A program made the translations under genes and the position numbers. This document shows, piece after piece, positions 49,203-62,424 of a stretch of 64,000 nt of DNA. This DNA is from Callorhinchus milii (taxonomy: Eukaryota): positions 14,138,001 through 14,202,000 of the forward strand of contig NW_024704742.1 of assembly GCF_018977255.1 (NCBI RefSeq), read 5' to 3'. The notes under the pieces are model-generated. The model was not told where the DNA came from and made no database searches. It saw only the letters and a list, made by a program, of their open reading frames with translations. Positions within the stretch are counted from its first letter, which is position 1. Each line of letters begins with the position of its first letter.

Positions 49203-52200
49203 AAAAATGGAAGCACATAAATTGGCCATCTCACTCAGAAACCATAAGGATGATTGATTTGGGAAGTGGAGCATTCCCACTGGTAGAGTTATGTGTCTGG
49301 AGCTGGAGTAAGGACACAGGGAAAAATTCAATTTAGCATTACATGCAGAGCCTTTTAAAGAAGCACAATTGTAATGGGAAATTGCGTTTCTGACCAAACA
49401 TCACTCGTGGTGATAGGCATGAATGCTGAACGGAATTTCCCCCCATTTGTTGGGAGAGGTATATAGAGAACTCCTTTCTGCATCGAGCTGTATTGTAGCA
49501 CTGCGGCATATTGGAACACTATTCCCGACAGTGTGAAAAAAGACATTCAGTCCTTCACTGCTCAGGACTGTTTGCCTCCTGTTAATGAGGAGAAAAATTC
49601 ACCCAAACATTTATGCATAAATTTCAATTCCCTTATTAGCGAGTGAATGAAATTAAGTTTATAAATAAATAACTACTCTCTGAACAGCTGGAGAATGTCA
49701 GTTGGAAGTCAGTTCAAACAATGGGTAGGGAAGTGGCTGGGAGTTGCATCTGTCATGCTGCTAACAGAACAGCCAGGTGTTTTGAGTGTCGCTTACTCTG
49801 GTGTGAAGCAATTTGCGAATGTTCTGTGGTACATGTTCTACATTGGGTTGATCAGATGCCACACTTAAACAACTTCTACCTATTTCAGATTTCAAAATCT
49901 GTTTCTTTTCTGCCGCAGCATCTGCTATGCAATGCAGGAGCGATTTTTTTTTAAAAAAAGATTTTTTTATTTAACCAACGTAAATCTGATAGATTGATAA
50001 TCACCAACGGTGCCTCAAGAACCAACCCTCTCAGTTCCCCACATGATTATTTTTGTCTGATTGCGAAATAGGGCTGTGAAAGAGCAAGCCCATATCAGAC
50101 AGCAGTAACTGAGTGAATTTGATCATTGACCTCAATGATAATGGTTTCTAAACAGTGTTCTATCTCTATTATCTGTGCACACACATCTCTGACAACAACA
50201 ATGTTTTTCTTTGGCTGTATGGCACACAGAACTGTGAGATCTCAACTTCAACACACGTGGTGGCAGCTTGGCTTAGTTGGTAGCAGTCTCGCCTCTGAGT
50301 CAGAAGGTTATGGAATCAAGCACCGTGTTGGGGCTTGGAATTCATTTAGTCTAAGGCAGGGTGGTCCAACCTTTTGGCTGCTGAGGGCTGGATGCTCTAT
50401 TTGAGAATTTTTTGTGTTTCTCGTCCAGAAACATAATATAACATAATATATGGGTTATGGAGGGAACATGTGGGCCGGTTTAAGTAGAGGGAGGGGGGAG
50501 TCTCCATTTGAACCACGCTGGTCTAAAGTAACCAATGCACTGCTTGTATTATTATTTACTATGATGTGTTCAAAAGCTATGTCAGAACTTTGAAAACAGT
50601 CTAAGATGGCACTGCATTTTTGGAGGGGATGTGCTTTGGATGAGTATTTAAACAAAGCTCTCTATTCAGTTTACATAGAAACAGGAGTAGGCTATTCAGC
50701 CTCTCAATCCTGTTACGCCATTTTATAAGATCATGACTGACCTATATGCACCTTCCCACTATGGAAGGCATTGTATCAAAAATGCAAGGATTATTATTAT
50801 TATGATTTATTGTTTACTGTTACGAGACACATTTTTTCAGCCGTCAAGGTGTCAGTAATTTTATCCTTCCTGTGGTTTCAAACCCAGTGGCTTTGTTCTG
50901 TTCAAACACAATGTTTAAGTTTTTATAAGTTTTCTCCGAATTCAAAATTCATGGCTGAAAAATGAGTCTGCTTTCCTTGGTAAATATGGGGGAGAAATTC
51001 CACCTGAGCTTAAATCCAGTCTTAATTTTGAAGCCGATTTTCTGTTGATTCTTTGAAGTGCAAAAAAAATCTTTAGGTAAATATTGAATCTAAGAATATT
51101 TGAAAAATTGCATGATGTGACATGCTAAGGCAAAAAGCCCAAACGTAAATACAGAATGAATTTCTTCTCCCATTTCCATCATTGCTGGTTGCATTGAGAC
51201 CACTCGATCACACGGGTAGCCTGGCAAAGTTGAAGGGTGCATTTAGATTCCAAGCAGATGCATGGAGTGTAAGCACCGAAGACTCATCAAGTATCGATCT
51301 TCAGTCAGGTGCCTTGGGACAATGATACAGAAACAGTTGCCATGGGAGAAAGTGTTACTCAAACGTCATCTCGAAAGCAGTTAGTTTAATCCATTAGAAC
51401 TGGTGAGGCCCAACAGTTATATCTTGTTTATATCAGCTTGGATCTCCTCATTGACAAGGCTTTAGCTGTCTGCTTATATTTAGTCCTATGTCCTTCAGAA
51501 CCCAAAACATAGGCGAACGTGGAGAGTACTGCAGAAATGCATCTTATCCAGTCGCATATCTATTTAAATAAACATCAAAACGTCATATTGCTTGTCAAAA
51601 AACAGAATAACTACTCAATATCCATTTTTTTGTCCAGTGGAAGCACTGCTACCTCTCAGGGCTTTTGATCGCAGGATTGAGGTCAAGTCTCTGTACCCAA
51701 CTCAGTGTGGAATTACTGTGGATCTGACAGATGTTGTCAGGCATGTTTCCTTAGAACCAGTTAAGCCCCAGAGAGATATGGTTTACTCCTCCCCCTCCCA
51801 TGAGGATTGGCACTCCAAAATAGATCAAGCACAACATATGTAGAAAGTGAGACTTAAAAAAAAATGTTTTGTTGGGATAGGGGAAAGGGTATGATGGGCA
51901 TGACATGGGAAAAGACACCTAGTACATGATGAATGAGGGTCACAAAAATTGCTCTTTAATCAGTGATTCATACAGTATCTGAGAGTGTTGGAGACCAACT
52001 TCCTCGAGTTCACTGATCTGCTGGTGGGAAAAGTCTCCTTTGGTTATGACCTGACTTCATGGATATTTTAATGGAGGTTGGATTTGCAGTGGAGTTCCAG
52101 TGGGTCAGCCTCACGAACCTCCTGGAACGTGCAGGAATTCCTAGTTATAAATCAATTTGTGGACTCTCCATGGATTAAAGAAGTCACAGGTTAATGAAGG

Positions 52201-52969
52201 TAAGAGTGGAGATCAGAAGCATACAAATCAAAAGGATAAGAGAATAAGTTTGTAAATCAATAAATCGTTGTTTCAAATTAAAATCCAGTCTATAGCCTTT
52301 TGTTTGGTATGCAATTCAGAACCAGTAGATGGTGCACTTGTAGATCCTTTTTAATCTTTGGGATTTAGATTTAAATTAACTGGGGAAAGTTAAATGTAGC
52401 AAACAGTTGTCCACTCATTAAAACAGAAGATCACAGGAGAGATTTAGATGAAGAAGATTCTTCAGCCTATTTGATGTCATCCTTGCAGAATACTCATCCT
52501 ACAGCCCTCCTATTACAGCATCAAGCTAAAATACACAGTTACTGTGCTTCACAAACAATGCTGTGAGATGCTTTCAGTTATCCTGTTGATGCAAATGGTG
52601 CCACAGCAAAATGCAAGGATTTTTAAAAAGTATTTCTTAAATAAGTCCAGCGTCCTTCAAATTGTTAGGGGAGACAACTGGACATGTTTGTGCCAACCTC
52701 TTTTGAACTGAGGTCTGATTCCTCGAGCAACAACAGCAGTGCTCCAGCTCTGCACACACAAGAGGCCATTCTTCATGGTTGAGAGTTGGCAAGCTTCATA
52801 AGCACCCCAACTCTCCTACAGTTTCCAGGATGAGGATCTCTCCATCTTAGCTTGGTCCACCACAGGAATCCTCCAGGTAAATGTGAGGTGCTTCACCCAG
52901 GAAAGATTTAAAATCAAACATGTCAATCCACACTTCCTTCCTCTCTTCTTGATGATCCCCAGTGTTAGA

Positions 52970-53340
52970 GAAATGAGCAACGATTACACAAGCTAGGGCT
53001 CTTCGGTCTTGAAAATAGATGTCTCAGAGGGGTCCTTGTAGAGGTTTATAAGATTTTAAATGGGATTGACTCAGAACAATACTTTTCAATACACTGAAAA
53101 AGCAGAACAAGAGAACACAGGTTTATAGTTGCAAAGAGCAATTTCAAGTTACACAATAAGTAGCATTTCTTTACCCAGGGGGTGATTAATAACTGAAATT
53201 GGTTACCAGGAAGAGCGTTTGAGGGCAAATGTGCTGGACCCATTTACTAAACAGAATGATACTGTGATGGAAGGGAGAGTGGATATTCTGGAAGGATGAG
53301 ATCAAATGGGCCAAAGAGCCTTCTTCATTTTCTCTTGTGA
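52970..53340 (+). mobile_element. Old CR1-like 3' fragment
   Basis: CAAGCTAGGGCTCTTC..GAGGTTTATAAGATT..GAAGGATGAGATCAAATGGGCC. Confidence 0.65.
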
Positions 53341-53687
53341 AAACTTACTCCTATAGGCTTATAGGCATGAGTGGTAACAGGTTGCCTCCTACTCTCTCAG
53401 TCAGCAAACAAAACAATGAAGCAGAGAAGAGAATGCCTTGTAAAATAGTAAAAGAGAAATTATATTTAAGTGCAAACTGTGTGAAATAGATTTAAGAAAA
53501 ACTAGATGTAGTAATCTCATTCTTTTCAAACCAGTGCTTAACTTTATGATACGTCTGTCTTGTTTTAAATTTGAAGCACAAAGTAAACTAATAATTTGTC
53601 CCTGCAAGCTGAAATCTTTTCAAAGATGTTTGTCACAGATCAACAAATGTGTCACGCTTATCTTTGTGTTTTACAAATAATATATGA

Positions 53688-54036
53688 AATAATAATAATC
53701 GTTGCATTTGATATAGCGCTTTATCATGTCTTCGAGACGTCTCAAAGCACTTCACAGAATATACTGTAAACTGAATTGACTGTATATTTTGTTGATGAAA
53801 CGCAGCGGCAATTACGCACAGCAATGTCCCACAAACAATCGCAGATTGAATTGACCAATAATGCCCCTGGAAAAGCGATCCACCAATCGATTGACAACGG
53901 GGTTGCTACTATTTGCTAGATAAACAGAGGCGTGTGGAGTAAGGAAACTTGCCCAACATTTCGCTCAGCCGAGAAGTGAACCCAGATCTCTCGCTTGCAA
54001 GGCGAGTGCTCTAACCACTGAGCTACAGGATCTACA
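53688..54036 (-). mobile_element. tRNA-derived SINE, long form
   Basis: Head at 53960-54036, extra segment AAAGCGATCCACCAATCGA..AAACAGAGGCGTGTGG, Deu-like core and (TTA)n tail. Confidence 0.9.
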
Positions 54037-54479
54037 GAGATATCCCTCTAGAGCTGCTTAAACCAATTGGCAAGTCCTGAAGCTCTTAAACCAAACAGAT
54101 TTTTTATATTTAAAGCTACATTTTTTACAGCTACAAGTTTTGTAAACTTTGTCTGTATCTCTTCTTGTATATTAACCAGAACATTATTCAACATCAATGT
54201 CAGAGAGTAGATAAAAGTGCCTTTAGGCTGTGCAGATTTATGGGTTCACAGGAAACCAAGGGTAATGGTCTGTGTGCATCCTCTGTTAAGTGTCAACTAT
54301 ATAAACAACCACTTTAAATAGATTTATGTTGACCTCAAAATCTGACCTACATGCAGTGCTGAATTGTCATTTCAGAATTGCAGCCTCTATTACATATCAT
54401 TAACAGATAGTTATATCCTTATGAAATGTGATCACTTTTACTACAATGCACACCGCTTCTTAAAATTTGAATTCCCAAG

Positions 54480-55470
54480 TTACATGGAGTTACATAGAGT
54501 GATACAACACAGAAACAGGCCATTCAGCACAACCAGCCTGTGGTTTATATCCCACATGAGCCCCACCCTTCCTATTCTGCTCACCTCTCCTCCTCTATTA
54601 CCTTCATCCTCATTTATGCATCAAGTTTTCATTTAAATTCATTGATGCCATTTGCTTCAACCACAGCTTCCGATAATGAGTTCCACATTCTCACCACCCT
54701 CTCCTAAGCAGTTCCTCCTAAACTCCATATTAAGCTCTCCAAGAATCTGCACTGCGTGAAGAATGCTGTATAAATGCAAGTTGTTGTTGTATTAGACAAA
54801 CTTCTAGATATCTTATATTTCTGCCCTTTAGCTTTCATCAACACATAAAAATAGTTTATCAACATCCACCCTATCAAATCCTTTCACAATCTCAAACACC
54901 TCTAAACACCCATAAACAAATACCCATTTAATCTCAATTTTAGAATCTTTCTTAAAGTTTATCTGAGTTCTTTTTAAATGCTGTTATGATATCAACTTCA
55001 GGAGCAACTTATGGTGATATATTTTATAGTTACTTTCTATGTGAATTTTTTTTATATCCTTTCCTTTAATTCTTCTAGTGCCAAAGCTGACCGTATACTC
55101 CTTGGGACATCTTCCCGATGTGAAAGGTGCTATATAAATTTAATTTGTTGTTGTTGTTACCGAATTATAGAACAGCTGGAATAATCCTTAACTTTCATGA
55201 CATTAGATTCCTGACCCATCTCTCTTTTCCAGGGAAAACAGGACAATTTTTGATCATCCTTATGACTGTGACAAGTCCATGGCATCATTATGTGACCCTA
55301 CACTATATATTGGCTCTAACATCCGTTCTATGATACGGTGCCCAGAATTGCATGCAATATTCCAACTGCAGTCTAGCCAGTCTTGTACTGAATAGATTTT
55401 CTTTCCACTTTTGTATTCAGTGCTCCCAATTATAAAACCCAAACTTTCATTGGCCACTATGGCTTTTTCT
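54480..55470 (-). mobile_element. Fragmented old CR1 3' region with inserted L2/SINE tails
   Basis: ACACAGAAACAGGCCATTCAGC and GAGTTCCACATTCTCACCACCCTC; CCCAGAATTGCATGCAATATTCCAACTG is the reverse of a LEYC..FW frame. Confidence 0.6.
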
Positions 55471-55497
55471 ACCTGTAGTCTAATCTTTTATAATATA

Positions 55498-55795
55498 TAA
55501 TAATAATAATCCTTGCATTTGATATAGCGCTTTTCACGTCTTCTCGATATCTCAAAGCGCTTCACAGGATAGACTGTAAAGTGAATTGACCGTATATTTG
55601 TGGGCGAAACGCGGCAGCGAATTGCGCACAGCAATGTCCCACAAACAGTCGTGAATTGAAAATGACCAATTTATTATTGCTTTGTTTTGGTGGGATTATT
55701 GTTAGGCGTGTGGAATAAGGAAACTTGCCCAAGGTTTCGCCCTGCCTGGAATTGAACCCAAGTGTCTCGCTTGCAAGGTGAGTGCTCTAACCACT
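55498..55795 (-). mobile_element. tRNA-derived SINE, short form
   Basis: High similarity to 29188-29507; tail loop variant. Confidence 0.9.
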
Positions 55796-55929
55796 CACTC
55801 CTCTTTTAAAGGGTGTATCTGCGCCAACAGATCTCTCTGTTCTACAATATCAGTAGAAATATACTGTTTATTCCATTGCAGAGTTGGAGCGTACTGCAAT
55901 GTTAGAGGTTCTGTCAACCTGTTTAGATA

Positions 55930-56295
55930 ATAAGACTGCTTGTATTTGATATAGTGCCTTATCACATCACTGAGACATCTCAAAGTGCTTCACAGAATAT
56001 ACTGTAAAGTGAAATGATCGTACAATTATCCATGGGCGAAACGCGGCAGCCAATTGCACATAGCAGTGTCCCACAAACAGTCGTGGATTGAGTGACCAAA
56101 TTATTTTTTTTTAAGGAATTATTACCCCAAGAAAGAGAACTGCCAATCGACTAACAATCAGGTTCCTACTTACTGCTATGTAAACAGAGGCGTGTGGATT
56201 AAGGAAACTTGCCTAAGGTTTTGCCCTGCCGGGAATCAAACCCGGGTCCTCTCGCTTGCGAGACAAGTTCTCTAACCAATATACTACAGGACTAC
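55930..56295 (-). mobile_element. tRNA-derived SINE, long form
   Basis: Head at 56225-56295, extra segment CCAATCGACTAACAATC..GTAAACAGAGGCGTGTGG, and tail. Confidence 0.88.
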
Positions 56296-56829
56296 AGACT
56301 ATACTAAATAATCCATCATACTATTCAAAAAGAGAAGAGAGTTTCTCCTTTTGTTTTGGCCAACGGTCCTCCAGAAGTATTGATCATTTGTGTCTATTTG
56401 TGGGACATGGCTGTGTGCAAATTGGCTGCCATGTTCACCTACAAATACAGAGTCTTTAAACTAAATACACAGTCTGCGCTTAACAGTAATTGCTGTAATT
56501 ACTGTAATTACTGTTAATTATTTAACAGTAATTAATTAACTCCCTGGATTGACTTCAAGGACCTCACCCTCACCTCACCACCCCCGCTCGTAATGCCAGC
56601 TGTTCTCTTTCACCTCTTGTACCAGCTCATGCCAGCTGTTTCCTTTCATACCACCCCCCCACCCCTCATCCCAGCCGGGGACCACTGCTGATTGTTGTTG
56701 TCACACTGAACCAGATGATTGACAAATTTGCTCTTCTTTAGCACTAGTGGCTTGGTCCGAATTAACCCCACCCCACTCTCTCAGGAAACCATTAGACGTC
56801 TTTTATTCTAGCCACTTGGCACCCCCATC

Positions 56830-57190
56830 TGTCCATTACTTGCACAGTATGTGAGCCTTGATATTGAATGTAGCTAGTGATTTGACATTAACAGCATGGT
56901 CAGTAGAGTGGATATCTTGTGATATCTTGTGATAGGTGAGGCATTGCAGAGGAACCCATTCTTGTTCCAATCTGGCCTTCACCCAACAGCAACCCACACA
57001 CACCTCCAGTAGAGGTTGCTGGATAGAAATTGAGAGTCGGGACCCTCTGAATTCCCTTCCACCCCTTGAGGCATTAAAACTAATTGTAGCTGCTTAGCTG
57101 TAGCACCGTGGCTGAGATCAGTTCACCCAGCATAAAGTAGAGATCAAATCAACGGCCTTTCTGGTCTGTACAAATCAGCTACTCCCTAAG
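56830..57190 (-). mobile_element. LF-SINE-like ancient SINE
   Basis: The reverse strand reads CAGACCAGAAAGG..CTGATCTCAGCC..GCTACAATT..CTATCCAG..TGGGTGAAGGCCAGAT, resembling the recalled LF-SINE-type consensus. A related piece lies at 24660-24730. Confidence 0.5.
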
Positions 57191-58109
57191 CATCAGAGGA
57201 AATGAAAGCTCACTATTTAGATAGATAATTATTATATTTAAAAATGATAAAAAGCTGCAAGTTCTAGCTTTAAGGCAGCAGACCACATGATCCAAGAGCT
57301 GAGCAGCTCAATATAATTTTGATCAAGTAACAGTCTAGTTTAATGATCTGAAAATATTCCTATTTAAGTTTACATTCCTTCACACTAAATTTAAAAAATC
57401 CTATTTTGATGGCTTAATAATTATTTATTTCTAGCATGTCAGCTGGTTACAGAGCTTAACGTCATTTAAACCATTTGTGTTTTCCATGTGGAGGCTACAG
57501 GTAAATTCACGCTGTGAAGTAAAACAGCAAAAGATGATTCATTGTCCTACAATTTATTTAGTTTTTGTCAATGCATTATTGATCTGGATTAAGCCTTTAT
57601 GAATCTCTCCCTGGTAATAGCAGCCGAAATGACTGTTTGTGGCAGCGACAGATCTGACACAGTTAACTCTGCTCTGAATAGCAATTATTTTGCTTGAATT
57701 TAATTACAATTCTGTAAAAGGAACATAGAAATCTTAATTTATGAAAACAATTCAAGCATGTCTGAACAGATTAGACATTATTATAAAACAATTATAAATA
57801 TAGAGCGACTTTAATGCTTGCTGTATTTAGATTTAGGAGTAAATAGGGATTGGGCTCTAAAATGCAATATTCACAAACTTATGTGATTTACAGAGATTCC
57901 CAAACTGGCAAATTGCATATCTAAAGCCAGTGAAGTCCAAAGGTGACCAGTGAACAAATCTCCAATTGTTTTCCACAACTGTTTTTCTCACTGGCCTTTT
58001 ATCAGACCTTTTTGTTAGCTTAGGTTTCATGATTTGCTCTTTGCAAATAACTCATTTTAGATCTATTTTGTATGGAAATAACTTACTAGGACACCAGGAG
58101 AAATGAAAA

Positions 58110-58350
58110 TGCCAGGACACCAGGAGAAATTCTCTTTAAAAAGACTGATGTGGGATCTTTAACAACCACCTTGACAGGTAGACAGGATTTGGTTAAACAT
58201 TTGAAGGACAGCATCTCTAATACTGCAACACTCACCCAGCACTGCCCTGTCGTGTCAGCTTAGACCATGAGCTCAAGTTTCAATGTAGATTTGAACCCCT
58301 ATCCGTCTGACTCAGGGACAAGAGTGCTACCAACTGAGCCACACTGACAC
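58110..58350 (-). mobile_element. Old DeuSINE (SacSINE1-like) 5' part
   Basis: GGGATCTTTAAC..GAAGGACAGCATCTC..TTGAACCC..TCTGACTCAG..GAGTGCTACCAACTGAGCCA. Confidence 0.75.
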
Positions 58351-58729
58351 CTTATGTGCTTTAATAGGGGACTACAGCTCTGGTTTTGCTCCTCGTTTTG
58401 TGAATTACTATTATTTTAATAAGATTGATCAGCCCATGCACAAAGCGCTTGACATTAATGCACTATTCTTGCTAAGGCAGCATGGTATTGTGGTGTTTCC
58501 CTCTGGTGCTGTTTTTTTTTCATTCTGGTGACAAAGGAATCAGCTGCAGAGACAAATAGAAGTCTGGTGCCAAAACAGTGTCCACGGATATTTGGAAAAA
58601 TTCAAACCCTTTTCATTATGGGTTGCCTGGAGAGGCAAGCTGTTGCTTTCACCAGCAAATGGAATGAAAGACAGAGATCATATGATTCCAAAGCAGTGAC
58701 CCAACAACAGTACGCTGAGGGGAGTCAAG

Positions 58730-58915
58730 TAGAGAAATCCCACCTGGGTCTAGATTTGCTATATTCATGTAACACTTCAGAGCATCCAGATTTGACAAAT
58801 GTTTTCTTAACTTTCAAGTCGGTTTTGCTGTTTAAAAGAATGGCTATATTTAAGAATTTGCCAAATTCCAGACTCACTTAAACGCCACCAAAAGAGAAGA
58901 AATCTAAACCCAGTA
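58730..58915. mobile_element. Palindromic MITE-like repeat
   Basis: Inverted pairs CTGGGTCTAGATTT / AAATCTAAACCCAG and CAGATTTGACAAA / TTTGCCAAATTCCAG. Family shared with 50986-51110 and 61518-61700. Confidence 0.65.
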
Positions 58916-59217
58916 GCAGTGTCCTCCCACCATTGTTTCTTCACCACAGAGCCAATTGTCTTGGTTGAGATTGTTTTTGCCAATAAATGGAACTAAAATG
59001 TTTTAAAATTTAGAAATTTGGGAATTCTGAAATAAAAGTAGAAAATATTGCAATTCCACAGCAGGTTCTGGTCAGAGGATCTGTAAGAATAGCTTAATGC
59101 ATGGTGTTTGAGCCCGCGTAAGTTCAGCCGCTGATTAACCTGCCATGAATTTCCAGCTTTTCTATGAGGAGCTTTACTCTGCTGCCATTGCTGAAAGCAG
59201 GACATTCATCAATGTAT

Positions 59218-59391
59218 ACTGGGCTATTCTGCGCTACTTGCTTCACTTCAAAAAGCGCTGTTGTAGATCTCTGCAATAAAATCTTAAATTATAAATAAAA
59301 TAAATTATAAATATCCAAAAGATTCCAAAGCAATTGCTTTTGTGCGTACAGCCACAAATTTACCTAAACAAACTGAGCAGAATAGCCCAGT
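59218..59391. mobile_element. 174-bp MITE-like element with perfect 15-bp TIRs
   Basis: ACTGGGCTATTCTGC (59218-59232) / GCAGAATAGCCCAGT (59377-59391) around an AT-rich interior. Confidence 0.65.
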
Positions 59392-60084
59392 GCACGTCAG
59401 CTACATTCACATTAATGCCCCTTTTTATTATGTAAGCCATGTGCCGTGAATGGTGGAGCAATTTAAAGCAGGAAGCCAGATTTATATCACCGCTTCAAGT
59501 TGTTCTTGCCTGAGGATGAGCTCGCAACTCATCACCAAGAGGCAGTTATTTTATAATCTTATTAAAGAACTGATGATGCACAAAGCTTTCTTAACTGCAT
59601 GGAAAAGTCAGTCGGTAAGAACTTTTAAACAGTTTTTAGTTCTTAAAAAAAATCTTAACATTGTTTTAAGTTTTAAACCTAATTTATACCACAGCTATCA
59701 ACATCATTTAGGTTTTCTCCTGGAGGCTCAAAAATGAATCAATACTGCAGAAAAGTGGATCTACACTGTACTTTTATCATTGATTCGATGCGGAAACCAC
59801 ATGAAATCAATGCTAGCTGTCATATCAAAGGGGCATTAGCAAAGGGAGGGTTACAACACCCTATGAGCTTGCATGGTGGCGGTGAAGTCATTTCATTCTG
59901 ATATAGTATGAAAAAACACAAAAATTATTTGTTTATTCTTGTTGAACAATGATATGATAAGGCCTCAAGGATGGCTATTAAAACCAATTCCATGATAGTG
60001 TGTAAAAGAAAATTGGATAAATCCTTGTGAAAAAAAATAATATTGAAGGGTATGGAGAAAGATCAGGGAAATGGTATTAGAGTA

Positions 60085-60390
60085 GATATAATACATTTGA
60101 TATAGTGTCTTTCAGATCAGGAGAATGTCTAAAGGGTGTTACAGAATTTACAGTAAATTATAATGAATGTGCATTTCTTGGTTAGTGCAGTAACTCCTTT
60201 GCGCAGATCAATGTCCCACGAAACTGGATCTTTAAAGCCTACTTGAGTAGTCAGGATGAACCTCTGTTTAATGTCTCATCCCAAAGATTGGCACATCTGT
60301 CAATGCAGCAGTACCCCAACACTATTGGATTGTCAGCCAAGACTATGAACCCACAGCCTTCTGACTCAGAGGTGCGAGTGCTAACAATTC
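60085..60390 (-). mobile_element. Old DeuSINE-like element, internally deleted
   Basis: Tail at 60085-60160; GAACCCACAGCCTTCTGACTCAGAGGTGCGAGTGCTAAC head. Confidence 0.65.
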
Positions 60391-60982
60391 AGAATCGCCA
60401 GCGTAATTTGGTGGGGGAGCTTGTACCAGCAAAAACACAATGAATCAAATGGTCATATTCAGTGCTGCCCACATGCTATGACAGTTGTTTACACAGCGTA
60501 GTTGGTCTAAACTAATAAGCGAGGACAAAATTGAATTTTTTTTAGATCAGCACAAGCCAACAGGGGAAATATCACTTGGCAGAACGAACTGAGCAATGAG
60601 TTAGCATTCAATTAAAGGGCACCTTCCAGGAGAACACGGAGTGATGGCAGCATATTAACATCTAATTAAAATGTAATTGACCAACAAATTATATAAACTA
60701 ACTGAATCCTCAAAATATTACAATCACACTGTTGAATTACAAATGATTGCTTTTTTTATGACGGGCTCTACAGAATTGCCAACATTCATTACATTTAGAA
60801 AGCCACATAGCAAAAGTGAACAGGAAAACACATTGTGTCCCAAAACTAAATAGTTTTGAAAGTGGCAGGAGGGACCTTTCAGGCAGACCTATTTAGTTAA
60901 ATTGTTAATGTATAAAAGCGACATTAAAAACCTGCAATACGAGATCCAAAACATCACTGACAGCCCCATAAAAGTCATCATA

Positions 60983-61355
60983 ATAAGAATAATCCTTGCA
61001 TTTGATATAACGCCTTGTCCTGTTGTTGAGATGTCTCAAAGCGCTTCACAGAATATATTGTAAAGTGGACTGACTGTAGTTTGTGTGCTAAACGCGGCAG
61101 CCAATTGCACACAGCAGTGTCCCACAAACAGTTGCGTATTGAGTAACCACATTATTATTTTTTTATTTGGGAGAGATTATTACCACCTGAAAGCGATCTA
61201 CTAATCGACTAACAACCCATAAACCTACTTACTGCTCGGTAAACAGACAGGTGTGGAGTAAGGAAACTTGCCTAAGGTTTTGCCCCACCCAGGAATCGAG
61301 CCTGGATCCTCTCGTTTATAAGGCCAGAGCGATAACCACTACGCTATGGGACTCC
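60983..61355 (-). mobile_element. tRNA-derived SINE, long form
   Basis: Complete head to GGACTCCA, extra segment AAAGCGATCTACTAATCGACTAACAAC, and tail. Confidence 0.88.
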
Positions 61356-61517
61356 AAAGAAACAGATTGAAAACAGCCACCTCTGAAACTAGAGTTCGAA
61401 GCTGACAGCTCACTGCATTCGTAGTTGAATTTGAATGCTCCCGTATTTCTACCAATAGGGTATTGGCATTATAATTGCAAAACACATCTTTCGATAAATT
61501 CCTCATTTAAGGAAAAA

Positions 61518-61700
61518 ATGGGAAGAAATTCCACCTGGGACTAGATTTATTCTATTTATGTAACATTTTAGCGTATCCAGAATTTGGCAAAATTATTGAA
61601 TTCAATCTCAACTTTGAAGTCGGTTTTCTATAGTTTTTATCTATGCTTAATTGAAACTTAACAGAAAACAACTCCAAATTTAAGACTGAATTTAAGAATT
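61518..61700. mobile_element. Palindromic MITE-like repeat fragment
   Basis: GGAAGAAATTCCACCTGGGACTAGATTT..TGAATTCAATCTCAACTTTGAAGTCGG / CTCCAAATTTAAGACTGAATT. Confidence 0.6.
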
Positions 61701-62424
61701 TACATTGTACGGCAATGGTCTTAAGGCTAATACAGTCAACAACAACAACAAAATTACATTTGTACAGTGCCTTTCACGTTGGGAGGACGTCCCAAGGTGC
61801 TGGACAGTCAGAGTTAAGATTTTGACTGTTTCCTTGTTCGTCATTCCTTTTAATAGACCTCTTGCGAGAATTTAATTCAGTTTCAAAACAATTTATGGAC
61901 ACCTGCTTCACAGACGCAGAGAATTTCACATACCAACCGGCCTCTTTGTGAATATCTATTTTCTGATTTCTGCTTGAATTCTCTTTGTGGTTCTCTTTTT
62001 ACCTTTAAAATTGTTTTGCCAAATAAGCCAAACCTGCTGGTGTTTTAGTATATTTCAATAAGTAATGTACATGTCAGTGATATGTTTTTAATAATGTCTG
62101 GTACTTCTATATTAGTACATTTAAATATTTAATTCATATTATATAGGTACTATTAATAGCTTTTTATTAATAATATATAGATGCAGGAAACATTTTTAAG
62201 AGTTTCTGTTTATAATTTTTCAGACAAAACCGTAATAAAGAACAGAAGTCTCCTGTGCATTATAGAAAGTTATCAAAGATAGCGATCAAATTTTGTTGGG
62301 GTTGACACAAAAGTACCCTTGGTCAACTTATCTCCTGCAGAATCTGCAACCTCATTTACATATATTTTCTCCCAATGAGAAAGGTGCTATATAGATGCTA
62401 TTTGTTGTTGCTGTTATATTTTAC

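Noticed and set aside
56480..56540. Self-complementary (TAATTACTG)-like run
   Set aside because: Low-complexity short tandem and inverted repeat with no further evidence.
58528..58881. 117-aa ORF
   Set aside because: GTG start, C-terminal part reads through a MITE, no recognisable domain.
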